Source: a virus. Taken from it: 64,000 nucleotides of DNA. A program made the translations under genes and the position numbers. The notes under the pieces are model-generated. The model was not told the DNA's origin. It searched no databases and saw only the letters and a list, made by a program, of their open reading frames with translations. The stretch is taken from positions 5,250 to 69,249 of the IMG/VR virus record IMGVR_UViG_3300023179_008779; one strand, written 5' to 3'. Numbering within the stretch: the stretch's first letter is position 1; each line of letters starts with the position of its first letter. Below are positions 20,191 to 31,321 of this stretch, piece by piece.

Positions 20191-23100
20191 ATGAAATTTT
20201 CTAAATCTTCTACAGGAAACCCGACAAACCAATCGGCGGTCGTGTATCACTCAACCCCTGTCTCTAGCAAAAGTGATCCAAAGAGTGCTGTGTATTCATT
20301 GGCAAATCCAGTTTTAATAAGCACTTACAATGCTGTCGACAGGCATCTTGATGCTCCAACTGAAGCAGACAACATTGAAGTCTATTCACAAAATACGGGC
20401 ATGCCACAGGACAGGCCAATCATCTTGCTTCTGTCTGACTTTTCTCCACTATACGAAGGTGATGCTAGATCTAGCGTGGGAGACGCAGTCTTTCACAAAG
20501 AGGTTTCGAAGCTTATCACAGCCCGTGCAGCATGCTCAATGTTAATCAATGAAGAATCTTTGAATTTGGTCAAAGACAACAAGCAAGCGCTGCAGGATTT
20601 TGTATCTACTGAGAAGTCTTTTATACTTCAACTCAATAAATTGATGTCGGATGCATTTGACAGTCTCAACATCTTGACTTACAAAGATGTTTCTATCATC
20701 CCGGGATTTTATGGAATTCTTGCCGGCGCGGGGTATAGAAAATCTGACATACAAGTATATTCTGCAACCAAGCTTTGGCAACAGTCATTGCTTGAGTTGA
20801 AGTATAAGATACTGTCCCACACCCGACAGCTTCTGGTCGACACTTTCACACGCAACAATGTGATAACTGACAAAGATCAATATCAACTCTCTGACGTAGT
20901 TGTCGTATCCGACAACGTCAAGCGCTTGTGGATATATGACGCTCAAGACCTGGGATTACCAACCGCTGCTGCCCTGAGTGACAACACATACTCTGCAAAT
21001 AATCAGATTAAGTTGCTGAATGACTTCTCTAACAGTTATTTGATCAATATTGCAAATAGAGGGACAAACAAGGAATTTCTTTCCAACTCGTCTCTTGATG
21101 CTTTTCAAGCGTCCGGCAGAGACATAAGTGTCTTGGCAAATTGCCTCTTCAAAGAGTTCAGTTTCTCAGAATATCTTTCTAAGAAAGAAAATCGCGATAA
21201 CCTCATGGACGAATATGGTTACTCATATTCGAGTAAGGGAAATCATGCTATCTTTGATTACCTTATCGGCAATTTCAACAAGTCCGTTCTCTTGCCTGTA
21301 AAAAAGCCTGTTGGAAACGGAAAGTCTTTGGTTGGTCTATCACAGGACTACGTCTCCACAGATAAAAACACGTTCTACAACGTGTTGACGTTTGAAAATA
21401 CGTTTAATGATGAGCTTAAGATAACGCCTGGTTCTTATTACTATATCGATAGCTCTGTTTCTGTCGTGGGTGGGAATAGGTTTGACACCAGTCGAATTAC
21501 GAAGCTGGTTGACAGATGCAATGCTTCCCATGACGCACTCGCTACTATGGTCGATATGTTGGGTTATGACATGAACCCGCCGACCACTACGGCTCTTCTT
21601 AGCAATGGATTCAAAGCAAAGGACTCATATGTTGCTAAAGATCCCAACTCTTTGTCTTTGGGATCTGTCAAGAACAGTCTTTCTTTAGTCTCTAAGCTGT
21701 ATTCAAAACTGACCACTGTTTCAGACGGATACCTGTCTGGGATTGATCCTCAGCTAGTGAAGTCTAATGTTCCTCTTGGTGAACAAAATTCCGTTAGACT
21801 TGCTGCCATTATCTGCAAATCGGCAATTGAGCCACACACAAATTACGCTTCTGTTTCACAGACACTCAAGTACTACCTGTTTGCTTCGATAATGTCTGTT
21901 GTGTCACAGCAGGTTGATGGAACCAACAATTCCGTGCAAATCGATCAGTTTAAGGGAAAGATTGCAGGTCTCTTGCAGAAAGTTCTTGCTTCTGTCAGCC
22001 CTGATGATATATCTTTAGCTGCTTCAGAAGGAAGAACAATCGTAACAATTGCAGGCACAGCACCATCTGTCAATGAAAACGTGTACAACTATTCACAGTT
22101 CAGTGATATAAAACTTGAAAGCAGGGATGACGAACTTGGATGGTCTTGGACATCTCCCAATAAGACCTCGTACTACCAGCTTTTTGAAAAAGTCATGGGT
22201 CGACCGTTTAACCAAAAACAAGACGCACCCACCCGGGATCCAGACACTAATGAAATTTTGCTTCCGTTTGTTGATGAAATGAACGCGGAGATATCACAAG
22301 AGCGTCGTCAAGCTTATTTTGCATATACTGGTGCGACGTTGGCACGAACGTTTGCAATAGACTTTGATCGAGGTCTGTGGAAGTCTTTGGTTGACTGCAT
22401 GAGTACTGTCTACAAAAGCCCGATATACGACGGTGAGCAGACTTTCTATTCAGGCATGAATAGAACAGCTTACATGTTTGCATATTTCGACATGTTGCTA
22501 CGAATTGTTGCGGCTCAAACTCCCGAAAATCTTGCTGGTTTTTATACAACTGATTACAATATAGAGTCTAACTACATCACTGAAGATCCCAACGGTAGCA
22601 CATTAACAATCCACAATGAGGCGGGTTATCTTATCGATAGCTCAACTTCTGAGCAGGTAAATGAACTTTTTGAATACTCAGTCGGAGTTCAAGACACCAG
22701 TATCACACTTTCACCCAAGCGTGTAACATCTGCTGTGGCACAGCTCGATGCTAGCCTACATTCAACACTGAAAGACATTAGCCTAATAAGAAACTACGTC
22801 AATAGCGCTAGCAAAAAGCTAAAAGCTTTCAAAGATTTCCTAAATAAGTCATTTCAGACGCACATTGGACAAATTCAGCCGCTGTATGCATCAGACAAAT
22901 CACTCACTGAAGACCAAAAGAATGCTCTCATAAATCTGTCACTGACTGAAGAGCAAATAATCCAATCACAGTTTATTGGATCAGAAATATCAGATCGTCT
23001 GAACCCTGCAAGTGATCTTGAATCAAAATTACTTACAACTCCATATTACGCGAATTTCCCTACTAAGTTCACTGATTATGTGAGCGTCAACGACATTGAC

Positions 23101-24192
23101 ACAATTTCATATCCGTTGCTTTCATCTTATTTCAAGAGCGCTGATATGCAAGGTGTGCCTGCGTATAACAAGAAGATCATGTCCATAGGGATGCCACAGC
23201 GTCATTTGAGAGCTCTTCGAAGCATAACGGGTAATTTGACCAGCGCCGAGTCTGCCTTCAATAACGTAATCAAGCTGTATGTTTACAAGATAGATTGGCG
23301 TCATCCCAGCATCGTCTATTCACCAAAAAAGTTTCTTTTTGAGACAAGAAGATTTCCAACACGTGAACTTGTCAACTGGAAATTAGAGTTGCTCGATAGT
23401 AATGACACAAACCTGCTTGACATACCCACGAAGTTATTCACTGTCGATTCAGGATTTGTAACGTGCAAAGATTTCGATAGTGCATTTCCCACAAGTGTCT
23501 ATGGATCAAACAACTTCTTAAGTTTAGCTGAGCGCCAAGAGATCATTTCAAATCATGCAATGAGCTTTATTCTAGATGAATATCTCAGGTGGTTTACTGA
23601 CGCAAAGTTTGATGAGACGCGCTATACTAACTTTAGTCCGTTGTCTCCAAACATCGAAAAAGTAGAAATGCAGTATGAATCTTTTGTGAATTCAATCCCA
23701 AGGAACACGAACCCTAACAAGTCGGGAACAGCCATCGCTCTGTTTGAAAAATCTTCAAAACAAGTGATCTTGTCACCTGACAATCCACCTTCAGTACCTG
23801 CAGCTAATCAGCCCAACGGATCGCCCCCAGCACAAAATTATGTGATTCCGTCTGACTCCATTATTAGAGACCACTTTTACTATAACGACACGCTTCTATT
23901 AGATGTTGATTCATACAAGCGTAGAATGTTGTATCCAAAGAAGTTTGATAGAGTTTTCAACATTCTAATAGACCCTGACGATTTTTATGTAGATATTGCT
24001 AGCTCAAATTCAACCGAAACAGGTATTACTGAATTGAAGACGCTGATTGATGAAGGTGTTCTTATCAACATCAGTGAAGACCCCAACAACCCTCAATACA
24101 GGCATAGAGACACTAGTGACTCTGATGTCAGCTTAGATGAATATTTCGTTTCGGTAGTGAATTACGATTATTCAACACAATACGAGATATAA
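20191..24192 (+). CDS. Very large hypothetical (putative virion) protein, 1333 aa
   Basis: Uninterrupted ORF in the structural block. Confidence 0.55.
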   Translation: MKFSKSSTGNPTNQSAVVYHSTPVSSKSDPKSAVYSLANPVLISTYNAVDRHLDAPTEADNIEVYSQNTGMPQDRPIILLLSDFSPLYEGDARSSVGDAVFHKEVSKLITARAACSMLINEESLNLVKDNKQALQDFVSTEKSFILQLNKLMSDAFDSLNILTYKDVSIIPGFYGILAGAGYRKSDIQVYSATKLWQQSLLELKYKILSHTRQLLVDTFTRNNVITDKDQYQLSDVVVVSDNVKRLWIYDAQDLGLPTAAALSDNTYSANNQIKLLNDFSNSYLINIANRGTNKEFLSNSSLDAFQASGRDISVLANCLFKEFSFSEYLSKKENRDNLMDEYGYSYSSKGNHAIFDYLIGNFNKSVLLPVKKPVGNGKSLVGLSQDYVSTDKNTFYNVLTFENTFNDELKITPGSYYYIDSSVSVVGGNRFDTSRITKLVDRCNASHDALATMVDMLGYDMNPPTTTALLSNGFKAKDSYVAKDPNSLSLGSVKNSLSLVSKLYSKLTTVSDGYLSGIDPQLVKSNVPLGEQNSVRLAAIICKSAIEPHTNYASVSQTLKYYLFASIMSVVSQQVDGTNNSVQIDQFKGKIAGLLQKVLASVSPDDISLAASEGRTIVTIAGTAPSVNENVYNYSQFSDIKLESRDDELGWSWTSPNKTSYYQLFEKVMGRPFNQKQDAPTRDPDTNEILLPFVDEMNAEISQERRQAYFAYTGATLARTFAIDFDRGLWKSLVDCMSTVYKSPIYDGEQTFYSGMNRTAYMFAYFDMLLRIVAAQTPENLAGFYTTDYNIESNYITEDPNGSTLTIHNEAGYLIDSSTSEQVNELFEYSVGVQDTSITLSPKRVTSAVAQLDASLHSTLKDISLIRNYVNSASKKLKAFKDFLNKSFQTHIGQIQPLYASDKSLTEDQKNALINLSLTEEQIIQSQFIGSEISDRLNPASDLESKLLTTPYYANFPTKFTDYVSVNDIDTISYPLLSSYFKSADMQGVPAYNKKIMSIGMPQRHLRALRSITGNLTSAESAFNNVIKLYVYKIDWRHPSIVYSPKKFLFETRRFPTRELVNWKLELLDSNDTNLLDIPTKLFTVDSGFVTCKDFDSAFPTSVYGSNNFLSLAERQEIISNHAMSFILDEYLRWFTDAKFDETRYTNFSPLSPNIEKVEMQYESFVNSIPRNTNPNKSGTAIALFEKSSKQVILSPDNPPSVPAANQPNGSPPAQNYVIPSDSIIRDHFYYNDTLLLDVDSYKRRMLYPKKFDRVFNILIDPDDFYVDIASSNSTETGITELKTLIDEGVLINISEDPNNPQYRHRDTSDSDVSLDEYFVSVVNYDYSTQYEI

Positions 24193-24193
24193 C

Positions 24194-26050
24194 ATGCCAC
24201 AGTTTCCCAACGCATCTAATCCATCGAAATCTTTTGATGTTGTGCATGTGCCACCAGTCAAAAATTTCTCTACTAAGTTTGTATATAACTTTTATGTTGA
24301 TGATGAGAGACTGTCAGCTCCAAGAGCAATCGATTCCAGAGGCAACAGGTTACCGCTTTCAAAAATTGCACGATACATAACCCTGAACTGGTCCGCGCCT
24401 TCTTTGTCTGATTTCGAGCTTCAAAAACAAAGCGTTAGCAAGGTTGACAATTCATCAGAATTTTCAATTCGTAATCAGCACGAAAAAATACTGTCTGAAG
24501 TTGATTTTTTCAATTCAGGATTTGTGTCTGTGGTGTTTGCTGACCCTACACTCGTAGAAAAGTCAAGTGATAACATTGAGACAATCAGCCGAATACAAGC
24601 GCACGGTGTTGAAAGCATGTCCGCAATGGCCAAGGCACAATTGAAAGATATATCGACTCAATCAACTAAAAATGACAAAAAATATACTGACGCGCTAGAT
24701 GAATTGAGCAAAGCTTATTTGCAGCTGGCTGATTCTCCAAGAAATGCTCTCGGTCTCAGGATCTATGACGACCGCGGCAACGCAAAAGACAACGATGATT
24801 TTTTAAGATCAATTGCAGACAATCTTTCCCTAAACGTCAGAATCAACTCTAACGTCATACCTGATGTATTGGGAGAGTCTAATCAAAAATTGAATAGTGG
24901 GTTTAGAACGCTTAACAGTGCATATGCTGCATCTTTAAATGCAGCACAGTACAATTCTGAAGGTATGTTTGCAACCCCCATTTTTTATGACAAGAATGCT
25001 TCAAATGCCCTAAAAGTCCCAGTGCAGTTTGTGGGGTACATCATAGACAGATACAGGTATTCTTCAAAGACAAGCTCGTTTTTTCTAGAAGAGACTTTCT
25101 ATATTGAAGATCCACAGACCATGGGCATGGATGACACTTCTGTGCTCTATGGAGAGACATACGTTTATTCGATTAGATCTATTGCAGCCGTAAGGTTGCT
25201 AACTTACGTTCAAGACAGCACAAATTCGTCCGTGGGCGTTTATTACGTGAGTTCAAGAACTGTGTCAAGTTCTGCTGAGTGCTTTGAATATATCCCACCT
25301 CCCGAGCCGAATGACATCAGATTCATATTCGACTATCTAAAGAGAAGTCTACACATCGTGTGGGACACACCCGTCAACCCACAGGGCGATATAAAACAGT
25401 TCCAGATCTTTAGAAGATCTAGTATCAAGCATCCGTTTGAATTGATTGCACAGATAGGATTTGACCGCACAAAGTTAGGTCCCGGGACCGACGGAAGATA
25501 CAGGACGGGCGAGCTTGTTGATGCTAATAATTTGCTCGGTACACCCGCAGACTTGAAGTACTTGATTAGTGACAACGATTTTGCGCAATACTCTTTTGTT
25601 GATGAAGACTTTACAGTTGATCCTGAGCTTTACATCTCTTCGGATTACATTTACGCGTTATGCTCTATTGACGCCCACGGGATAATATCAAACTATTCAA
25701 CGCAATATCAAGTCACTTTTGATTCGTACAAAAACAAGATCGTGACCCGCACTGTGTGTGATGCGGGATCACCCCGTCCGTATCCCAACATGAACTTGCG
25801 CATGGACGCATTCAAAGACGTGTTGTCGCTGCAGGGTGATTCTACAAAGCAAGTCGATGTATATTTCAGCCCGGACTATTTCCGTGTTAAAGACAGCTCA
25901 GGACACGTGACGGATATAGTTGAGGCCCAGTACGATTCAGCTCCCTCAAAATCGTATTATGTCATGCAGCTTATCAATCTTGATAACCAAAAGACTAATC
26001 TTGTACAAATTTCTATACGTGATCCCGAGCGTTTAACAAACTCAGCTTGA
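24194..26050 (+). CDS. Putative virion protein with FN3-like domains
   Basis: DTSVLYGETYVYSIRS, PPPEP...WDTP...FQIFRR, YIYALCSIDAHGIISNYS. Confidence 0.55.
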   Translation: MPQFPNASNPSKSFDVVHVPPVKNFSTKFVYNFYVDDERLSAPRAIDSRGNRLPLSKIARYITLNWSAPSLSDFELQKQSVSKVDNSSEFSIRNQHEKILSEVDFFNSGFVSVVFADPTLVEKSSDNIETISRIQAHGVESMSAMAKAQLKDISTQSTKNDKKYTDALDELSKAYLQLADSPRNALGLRIYDDRGNAKDNDDFLRSIADNLSLNVRINSNVIPDVLGESNQKLNSGFRTLNSAYAASLNAAQYNSEGMFATPIFYDKNASNALKVPVQFVGYIIDRYRYSSKTSSFFLEETFYIEDPQTMGMDDTSVLYGETYVYSIRSIAAVRLLTYVQDSTNSSVGVYYVSSRTVSSSAECFEYIPPPEPNDIRFIFDYLKRSLHIVWDTPVNPQGDIKQFQIFRRSSIKHPFELIAQIGFDRTKLGPGTDGRYRTGELVDANNLLGTPADLKYLISDNDFAQYSFVDEDFTVDPELYISSDYIYALCSIDAHGIISNYSTQYQVTFDSYKNKIVTRTVCDAGSPRPYPNMNLRMDAFKDVLSLQGDSTKQVDVYFSPDYFRVKDSSGHVTDIVEAQYDSAPSKSYYVMQLINLDNQKTNLVQISIRDPERLTNSA

Positions 26051-26157
26051 GCAAATCGGCAGTTTAACGCGCACTGATATGTCATACCATGTTCTAAAGG
26101 TTGTCAAAAAAGTTTTGTTTCTGATATTTGTATGTTCAGATAGCGAGGTTCATCGAT

Positions 26158-26901
26158 ATGGGTTGGTTAGATCATTCAACTAATAACATCATTCTAGATG
26201 CTGTTCTTACCGATTACGGTCGCCAGCGCTTAGCAATGGCAAACAGCGCTTTTAACATCAAGAAATACGCTTTGGGAGACGATGAGATTGATTATCGTAT
26301 GATCAAAAAATACGGTAGAACAGTCGGAAAAGAAAAGATCGAAAAGAACACACCCATATTCGAAGCACTTACTAATCCGTCGATCGCGCTCAAGTATAAG
26401 CTTGTGGGCCGTGATCCACCCGGCAATGCTTCAATTTCGACAATCTACATGCCTGTCTTGACATATGTTAAGTCGCCCGCTTTGACCACGTCTACACCGT
26501 CTGATACTGTTACAGTGAATCTTTCTTACAACAATTCGCAAAATATTCCTGCTGAGTTAGCACAGACAGTGTACAAGATAAAGGTATCAGATCGGTTCTT
26601 CACGATCGATTCTCCCACCAACGGTACTTTGACTTCAGTGGATTCAGCGGCATCTAGTGTTAGTGCGGGTGACCCAAACAGGATTGCCACTTATACTTTC
26701 ACGACTTCTTCTGGCAAGATTGTCACGTCTATTTCTTTCAAAGTTTCTGCAAGATCAATAGACAACACGACACTTTCAGTGTATGGCAGAGCTTCAAGCT
26801 CAACAAACCGTCAAATAAATAGCTATATCACAGTAACCGGCGAAAGACACGGCTGCAGCGTTGATATACCCGTGACGTATACAGCAACACTTTCAACCTG
26901 A
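26158..26901 (+). CDS. Putative baseplate/tail structural protein
   Basis: Likely start MGWLDHS at 26158; DAVLTDYGRQRLA...YALGDDEIDY. Confidence 0.6.
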   Translation: MGWLDHSTNNIILDAVLTDYGRQRLAMANSAFNIKKYALGDDEIDYRMIKKYGRTVGKEKIEKNTPIFEALTNPSIALKYKLVGRDPPGNASISTIYMPVLTYVKSPALTTSTPSDTVTVNLSYNNSQNIPAELAQTVYKIKVSDRFFTIDSPTNGTLTSVDSAASSVSAGDPNRIATYTFTTSSGKIVTSISFKVSARSIDNTTLSVYGRASSSTNRQINSYITVTGERHGCSVDIPVTYTATLST

Positions 26902-26911
26902 CGGATCTTAC

Positions 26912-28261
26912 ATGGCTACAACTAAAGACATATCAGAGAGTGACAAGAAGACAACTCGATCATTCCTCAATCAGCTAATCGATGTACTGCAACAGGATAT
27001 TAGCTCTTCTGTTTCAAGAAGAAAATATCAGGTTTTCGTTACAGGGGGCGTCGGTCCCGGAGTAACGTCTTCCCTTTTTCAAACAGTATACGATCAAGAT
27101 TTCACGCTTCAGACAGCTAACCCTATATTCGATATCACTTTTGGATTGGCTGCACCCGATGCAGCCAAAGGGACTGATAACCCAGTCAATAACGCTGGTA
27201 CTCCAAACGCTGCGGGAATAGCTGGTGTTGCATCAACCGGCAAGGACGTAACAGGCAAATATCTGTATCGAAGCAGCTCTCTTATGATGAGGGAGAAGAC
27301 AGACATCTATAGCCAATTCTCCCAGATGCTTTTGGGGAATAGATCTAGAATGTTTAGGTTGCCCAAAGACGCGACTTTCACCACGGATATAACAAACCAG
27401 GTCGATATTGACGCTGCGGTGTTCATTGCCTTTAAGAGACTCTTTGCAAGAGATCAGATCAAGAGAGAGACTTTTGCAATGAGGTTCTATCAATCAGCGT
27501 CATATGTTGATAAAACCTTCAAGGGCGGCACTGGAAATGGCGATGAACCCTCATCCAATGATGCTGACAACGTGCCCAATCTATTTTTTACTTCAACGAC
27601 AGGATCAACGATATACACAGATATCGGTTCTTCAGACTCTAGATTCTTCGAAGTGGGTGGTCAATACGGGTATCTAGTTGACGCTTCAGCAGTTAGCAGA
27701 GCTGTCGGCCTCATGTTTTATGACAGCGGTATAGCAGTCCTTGATGCTAGCAGGATAACATCAGGTTCTCAGTTCATCTCTGGCACGATATCTGCAATGC
27801 ATCCACTGGGTAAAATTAATCTTGGCGGCCCGGGCACTGAAACTGCGTTCAAAGCCAAGGTCATACCCGACCTAGTTGTCTCCGCTTCTATAGATGACAT
27901 AGTTGATCACTTTTGCTATGCGAGGTTCGGTGACTCAAATCTCACGGCAATAACTTTCCAAAATGTCACCAACATCAATTCTTCTCTCGTGTTCTGTAGA
28001 GCCCTGCCTGATGACTTCAACTATTCATCAAATCCAACTTACATCGATTCAAAGACAGACTCTTCAACATCAAGCGTTAAAGGCCGCCTGACGATCTACG
28101 ATCCAGCACTGCCTGAAGAATCACAAGATACATTTACTTACATAACGACAATAGGACTCTACGATAACGACAATGGTCTTCTTGCCGTCGCTAAATTAAG
28201 TCGCCCTGTCGAAAAGAACCCAGGCAGAGATCTGACGTTCAGAGTAAGACTTGACTTCTAG
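26912..28261 (+). CDS. Putative baseplate/tail structural protein
   Basis: C-terminus YITTIGLYDNDNGLLAVAKLSRPVEK...VRLDF, tail-collar-like and shared with the next gene. Confidence 0.6.
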   Translation: MATTKDISESDKKTTRSFLNQLIDVLQQDISSSVSRRKYQVFVTGGVGPGVTSSLFQTVYDQDFTLQTANPIFDITFGLAAPDAAKGTDNPVNNAGTPNAAGIAGVASTGKDVTGKYLYRSSSLMMREKTDIYSQFSQMLLGNRSRMFRLPKDATFTTDITNQVDIDAAVFIAFKRLFARDQIKRETFAMRFYQSASYVDKTFKGGTGNGDEPSSNDADNVPNLFFTSTTGSTIYTDIGSSDSRFFEVGGQYGYLVDASAVSRAVGLMFYDSGIAVLDASRITSGSQFISGTISAMHPLGKINLGGPGTETAFKAKVIPDLVVSASIDDIVDHFCYARFGDSNLTAITFQNVTNINSSLVFCRALPDDFNYSSNPTYIDSKTDSSTSSVKGRLTIYDPALPEESQDTFTYITTIGLYDNDNGLLAVAKLSRPVEKNPGRDLTFRVRLDF

Positions 28262-28346
28262 TCAGCACACCTGGGTAACGTGCCGGGACTGATGAGATAT
28301 TTTTGTCGAGTCAACGTTCTGGCACCGTCTTATAGTTACGTGTAGC

Positions 28347-30869
28347 ATGTCGATCGTCAGAATCATACCCGCCAACGATATAGAGACCTTTACGCTGGTC
28401 ACAACTGCGCATAGAAGCTATATCTCAAGCTCAACTCTGGGTGTGACTGGGTCTATAAAGGTCAGGCCCCGACAATCTACTCTCGAGCGTGACACTGCAA
28501 AATCATTGCAGTTTAATGACATCAACGGTCTTGTAGTCGTTGATTCCTCCTATGATAAAACAGCCGAATCGTTGGTCAACAAGGCAAGGACACTTAGGGC
28601 TAGCGGTCAACCAATCACTTCACAAGCTGAAAAATTCGTTAGTTTGGCTAATGCAGTATCTACTCGAGAAACCGCTGTTCTTGATGTAGAAAGATTCACT
28701 CCAACGACGAGAGTTACCAAAAGGACTTTTCAAAAAAACAACGTAAAAGACATGCTAATGCCACATTACAGGGTTGAATACCCTCATGCGCATTGGGCAT
28801 ACACAAATTACAATTCTTTGAATTTTTTTACTTCGCACAGCGGAGCAAAGCAATTAGTTCCTGACTCTTCTGTGCTTCTATTTCCAAACGCAGTTGACGC
28901 CGATGTGCCGGGACAAGACGGATATGTTTCAGGGTCATATTGTCTTACGGGAGGGTTTAGCTTTGATTTCTACATCAACCCGAGATATACCTCAGACAGC
29001 TCTGACAAGAACTCATTCACTGCTGGCACGATATTCCATCTATCATCAAGTTATGCACTGTCTCTTGTTACAGGATCTAAGAAGGACTACAACGGTGTTG
29101 CGCAAGGGTACCGCATGCTATTGCAACTCAGTCACTCTGCGGATATAAAGCCCTCCGCTGCCTTGCCGGGCAACTACCCAAGTGACTTAGTTTTTCTTTC
29201 TGAAGACAATAGCTTACTGCATAACAACTGGCATCACGTCGTTGTGAGGTGGGGCACTTCTACCATTAATAACGGGACAGGTTCTTTTGTTGTCGATGGC
29301 GTCAATAGAGGAAATTTTGTTATACCAAGTGGTACGATCATGCCCCGTAAATTTGCAAATTCTCTTAATCCTGATGTCCTCAGCGTGGGCAATTACTACG
29401 AGGGTAAAAACCTAGGAACATCCGCACAAAGTATGTTCTTTGCTGCACGTACCGCTGAAAGAGAGGGTCTAGTTCAATTAACGGCTGACAACCTGCAAGA
29501 TGAACCCGATCATTACACTTTTGCCCACCCTCTTAAGGCTGAGCTTCACGACCTATCAATCCGTCGACACTATCTTTCTGACAGTGAACTTGATTACACT
29601 GGATCATTTGGTGTGGGAATTGCAGCATTGGATAAGCAAGATTTTGTGTTCTACATGCCGCCGTTTTTCGTGCAGTCATCTCCCATCAGAAAGTATGTCG
29701 GTGATCACGGAGGCATACTACAGACTCCTTTCTTTGAGGTCGACGGTACAACTTCAGATCCCTTCAACATTGCGATGTCGTTTGGTGTTGGAGGTCATTA
29801 CATCAACCTTGAAAACTTTACGAAGGATTTTGCAACGGGCCGTTTCCCTCGGTTGCTTAATCTGACGGGCACTGCAATCGATCACACGACAATTGCTCGA
29901 GAAGCAAATGCATTTTTGTATGATGACGGCGGCGTCGCAAAAAGAAATCTTACGATACTGCCCTGTGACGACGGCAACTTTGTACCGAACTATTCACTTC
30001 TTGCCATAGAGACGTATTCTGATAGGTTCACTGACTCCAACGGCGCACCCGATTACAGTTACATCAATCTTGAGAACATGCTCACTGGTGCTGTTGCACT
30101 CGATGCTGCGGGACTGGGTCAGCTCGATCCCGACAGCGCTTCGACCGATGCTTTCTTACAGACTCTGATCGGTCCGACACCTGATAACCCTGGGTTGGTC
30201 ACGGGAAGCGCATACTCAAATGCAATCAAGAAGATCCAGAGTGCAATTGATTCGGGCGATTACACAGCAGGAATCGAAAAGGGCGTACCGCTCACAATAT
30301 TCCAGCGCACTTTAGATCCATCATCTAATCAGGTCACGTTCTTCAATATCAGCAACTTGTACTATGGCCGTAGAATACAACCTGGGTCGTTCATGATTAG
30401 AGATGCATCGATCAGCGGATCATACGGTGCAATGTCGATCACCCTAAGGGATGACTACATGGGCAACTTGTATCGTGCTGATGCTACGACAACCCACTAC
30501 AAACAAAGTACCGTCGGCAACATCTTCTATGATGAAGGCATCGTCGTCATAAAGAATCCACACTTATATTTCTTTGGCAAAGAGCAGTATGAAGTGTCGT
30601 TCAACGGTGTTCAAAATCTATATACCACGAAGTATGAGATTCTTGCTGGGTCTGGGCTGTTGAATTCTTCATCTAACCCAACGTATATCAAGAACGTCGA
30701 TTCACTTAAACCGTCTCCCTCCCCCGTCGATAATGAGCCCTTTATCTACATCAGCGGTCTTAATTTTCACGATGAAAATATGAATATAGTTGCAAAGGCC
30801 CGCCTCGCGCAACCCGTAATAAAAAGAGAGGGTGATAAGGTCCTCTACAAGATAGCTTTTGATTTTTGA
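28347..30869 (+). CDS. Putative tail/baseplate protein with LamG/ConA-like domain
   Basis: FSFDFYINP...NNWHHVVVRW...FVVDG...LHDLSI (LamG); C-terminus IVAKARLAQPVIK...IAFDF. Confidence 0.65.
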   Translation: MSIVRIIPANDIETFTLVTTAHRSYISSSTLGVTGSIKVRPRQSTLERDTAKSLQFNDINGLVVVDSSYDKTAESLVNKARTLRASGQPITSQAEKFVSLANAVSTRETAVLDVERFTPTTRVTKRTFQKNNVKDMLMPHYRVEYPHAHWAYTNYNSLNFFTSHSGAKQLVPDSSVLLFPNAVDADVPGQDGYVSGSYCLTGGFSFDFYINPRYTSDSSDKNSFTAGTIFHLSSSYALSLVTGSKKDYNGVAQGYRMLLQLSHSADIKPSAALPGNYPSDLVFLSEDNSLLHNNWHHVVVRWGTSTINNGTGSFVVDGVNRGNFVIPSGTIMPRKFANSLNPDVLSVGNYYEGKNLGTSAQSMFFAARTAEREGLVQLTADNLQDEPDHYTFAHPLKAELHDLSIRRHYLSDSELDYTGSFGVGIAALDKQDFVFYMPPFFVQSSPIRKYVGDHGGILQTPFFEVDGTTSDPFNIAMSFGVGGHYINLENFTKDFATGRFPRLLNLTGTAIDHTTIAREANAFLYDDGGVAKRNLTILPCDDGNFVPNYSLLAIETYSDRFTDSNGAPDYSYINLENMLTGAVALDAAGLGQLDPDSASTDAFLQTLIGPTPDNPGLVTGSAYSNAIKKIQSAIDSGDYTAGIEKGVPLTIFQRTLDPSSNQVTFFNISNLYYGRRIQPGSFMIRDASISGSYGAMSITLRDDYMGNLYRADATTTHYKQSTVGNIFYDEGIVVIKNPHLYFFGKEQYEVSFNGVQNLYTTKYEILAGSGLLNSSSNPTYIKNVDSLKPSPSPVDNEPFIYISGLNFHDENMNIVAKARLAQPVIKREGDKVLYKIAFDF

Positions 30870-30878
30870 TCCGACGCT

Positions 30879-31283
30879 ATGCCTCCTAAAAAACGTAAGA
30901 GACAAAAGAGAAAAGGTCGCTATCATCGAGGCGAATACGTCTCTATCAAGACAGGGCAGGTTTGTAAGTTTCGTAGCGGGTGGGAAGAGAAGGTGATGGT
31001 TCACTTGGACGCTGACCCCGGGGTGGAACTCTGGACCTATGAGCAGACAGTCATCGAGTATCTCTCTAATATTCGGACAAAAAAGTTCCGTAGATACTAC
31101 CCAGACTTTTATGTCAAATATTCAGATGGTCGTGAAGAGATCGTAGAGGTAAAGCCCAAGAGAAAGCTTGGGCAGATCACCGTGAAGAAGAAGGCTAATG
31201 CTGCTCGAGAATGGTGTGCATCTCGCGGTATAGCTTTTAAAATCATTACAGAGGTCGAGTTGAAAGAGATGGGACTCTTGTAA
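30879..31283 (+). CDS. T4 gp4-like head completion / TnsA N-terminal-type endonuclease
   Basis: FRSGWE...WTYE...RRYYPDF...VEVKP...AAREWC...FKIITE. Confidence 0.85.
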   Translation: MPPKKRKRQKRKGRYHRGEYVSIKTGQVCKFRSGWEEKVMVHLDADPGVELWTYEQTVIEYLSNIRTKKFRRYYPDFYVKYSDGREEIVEVKPKRKLGQITVKKKANAAREWCASRGIAFKIITEVELKEMGLL

Positions 31284-31321
31284 GCATTTACTAGTGTGCA
31301 ATCTGTTGGAGGATTGCACAC

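Noticed and set aside
28289-28312. CTGATGA followed by a short stem, resembling a hammerhead ribozyme core
   Set aside because: The required GAAA after stem II is absent (GAGT), and no stem I/III arrangement with a cleavage triplet is evident.
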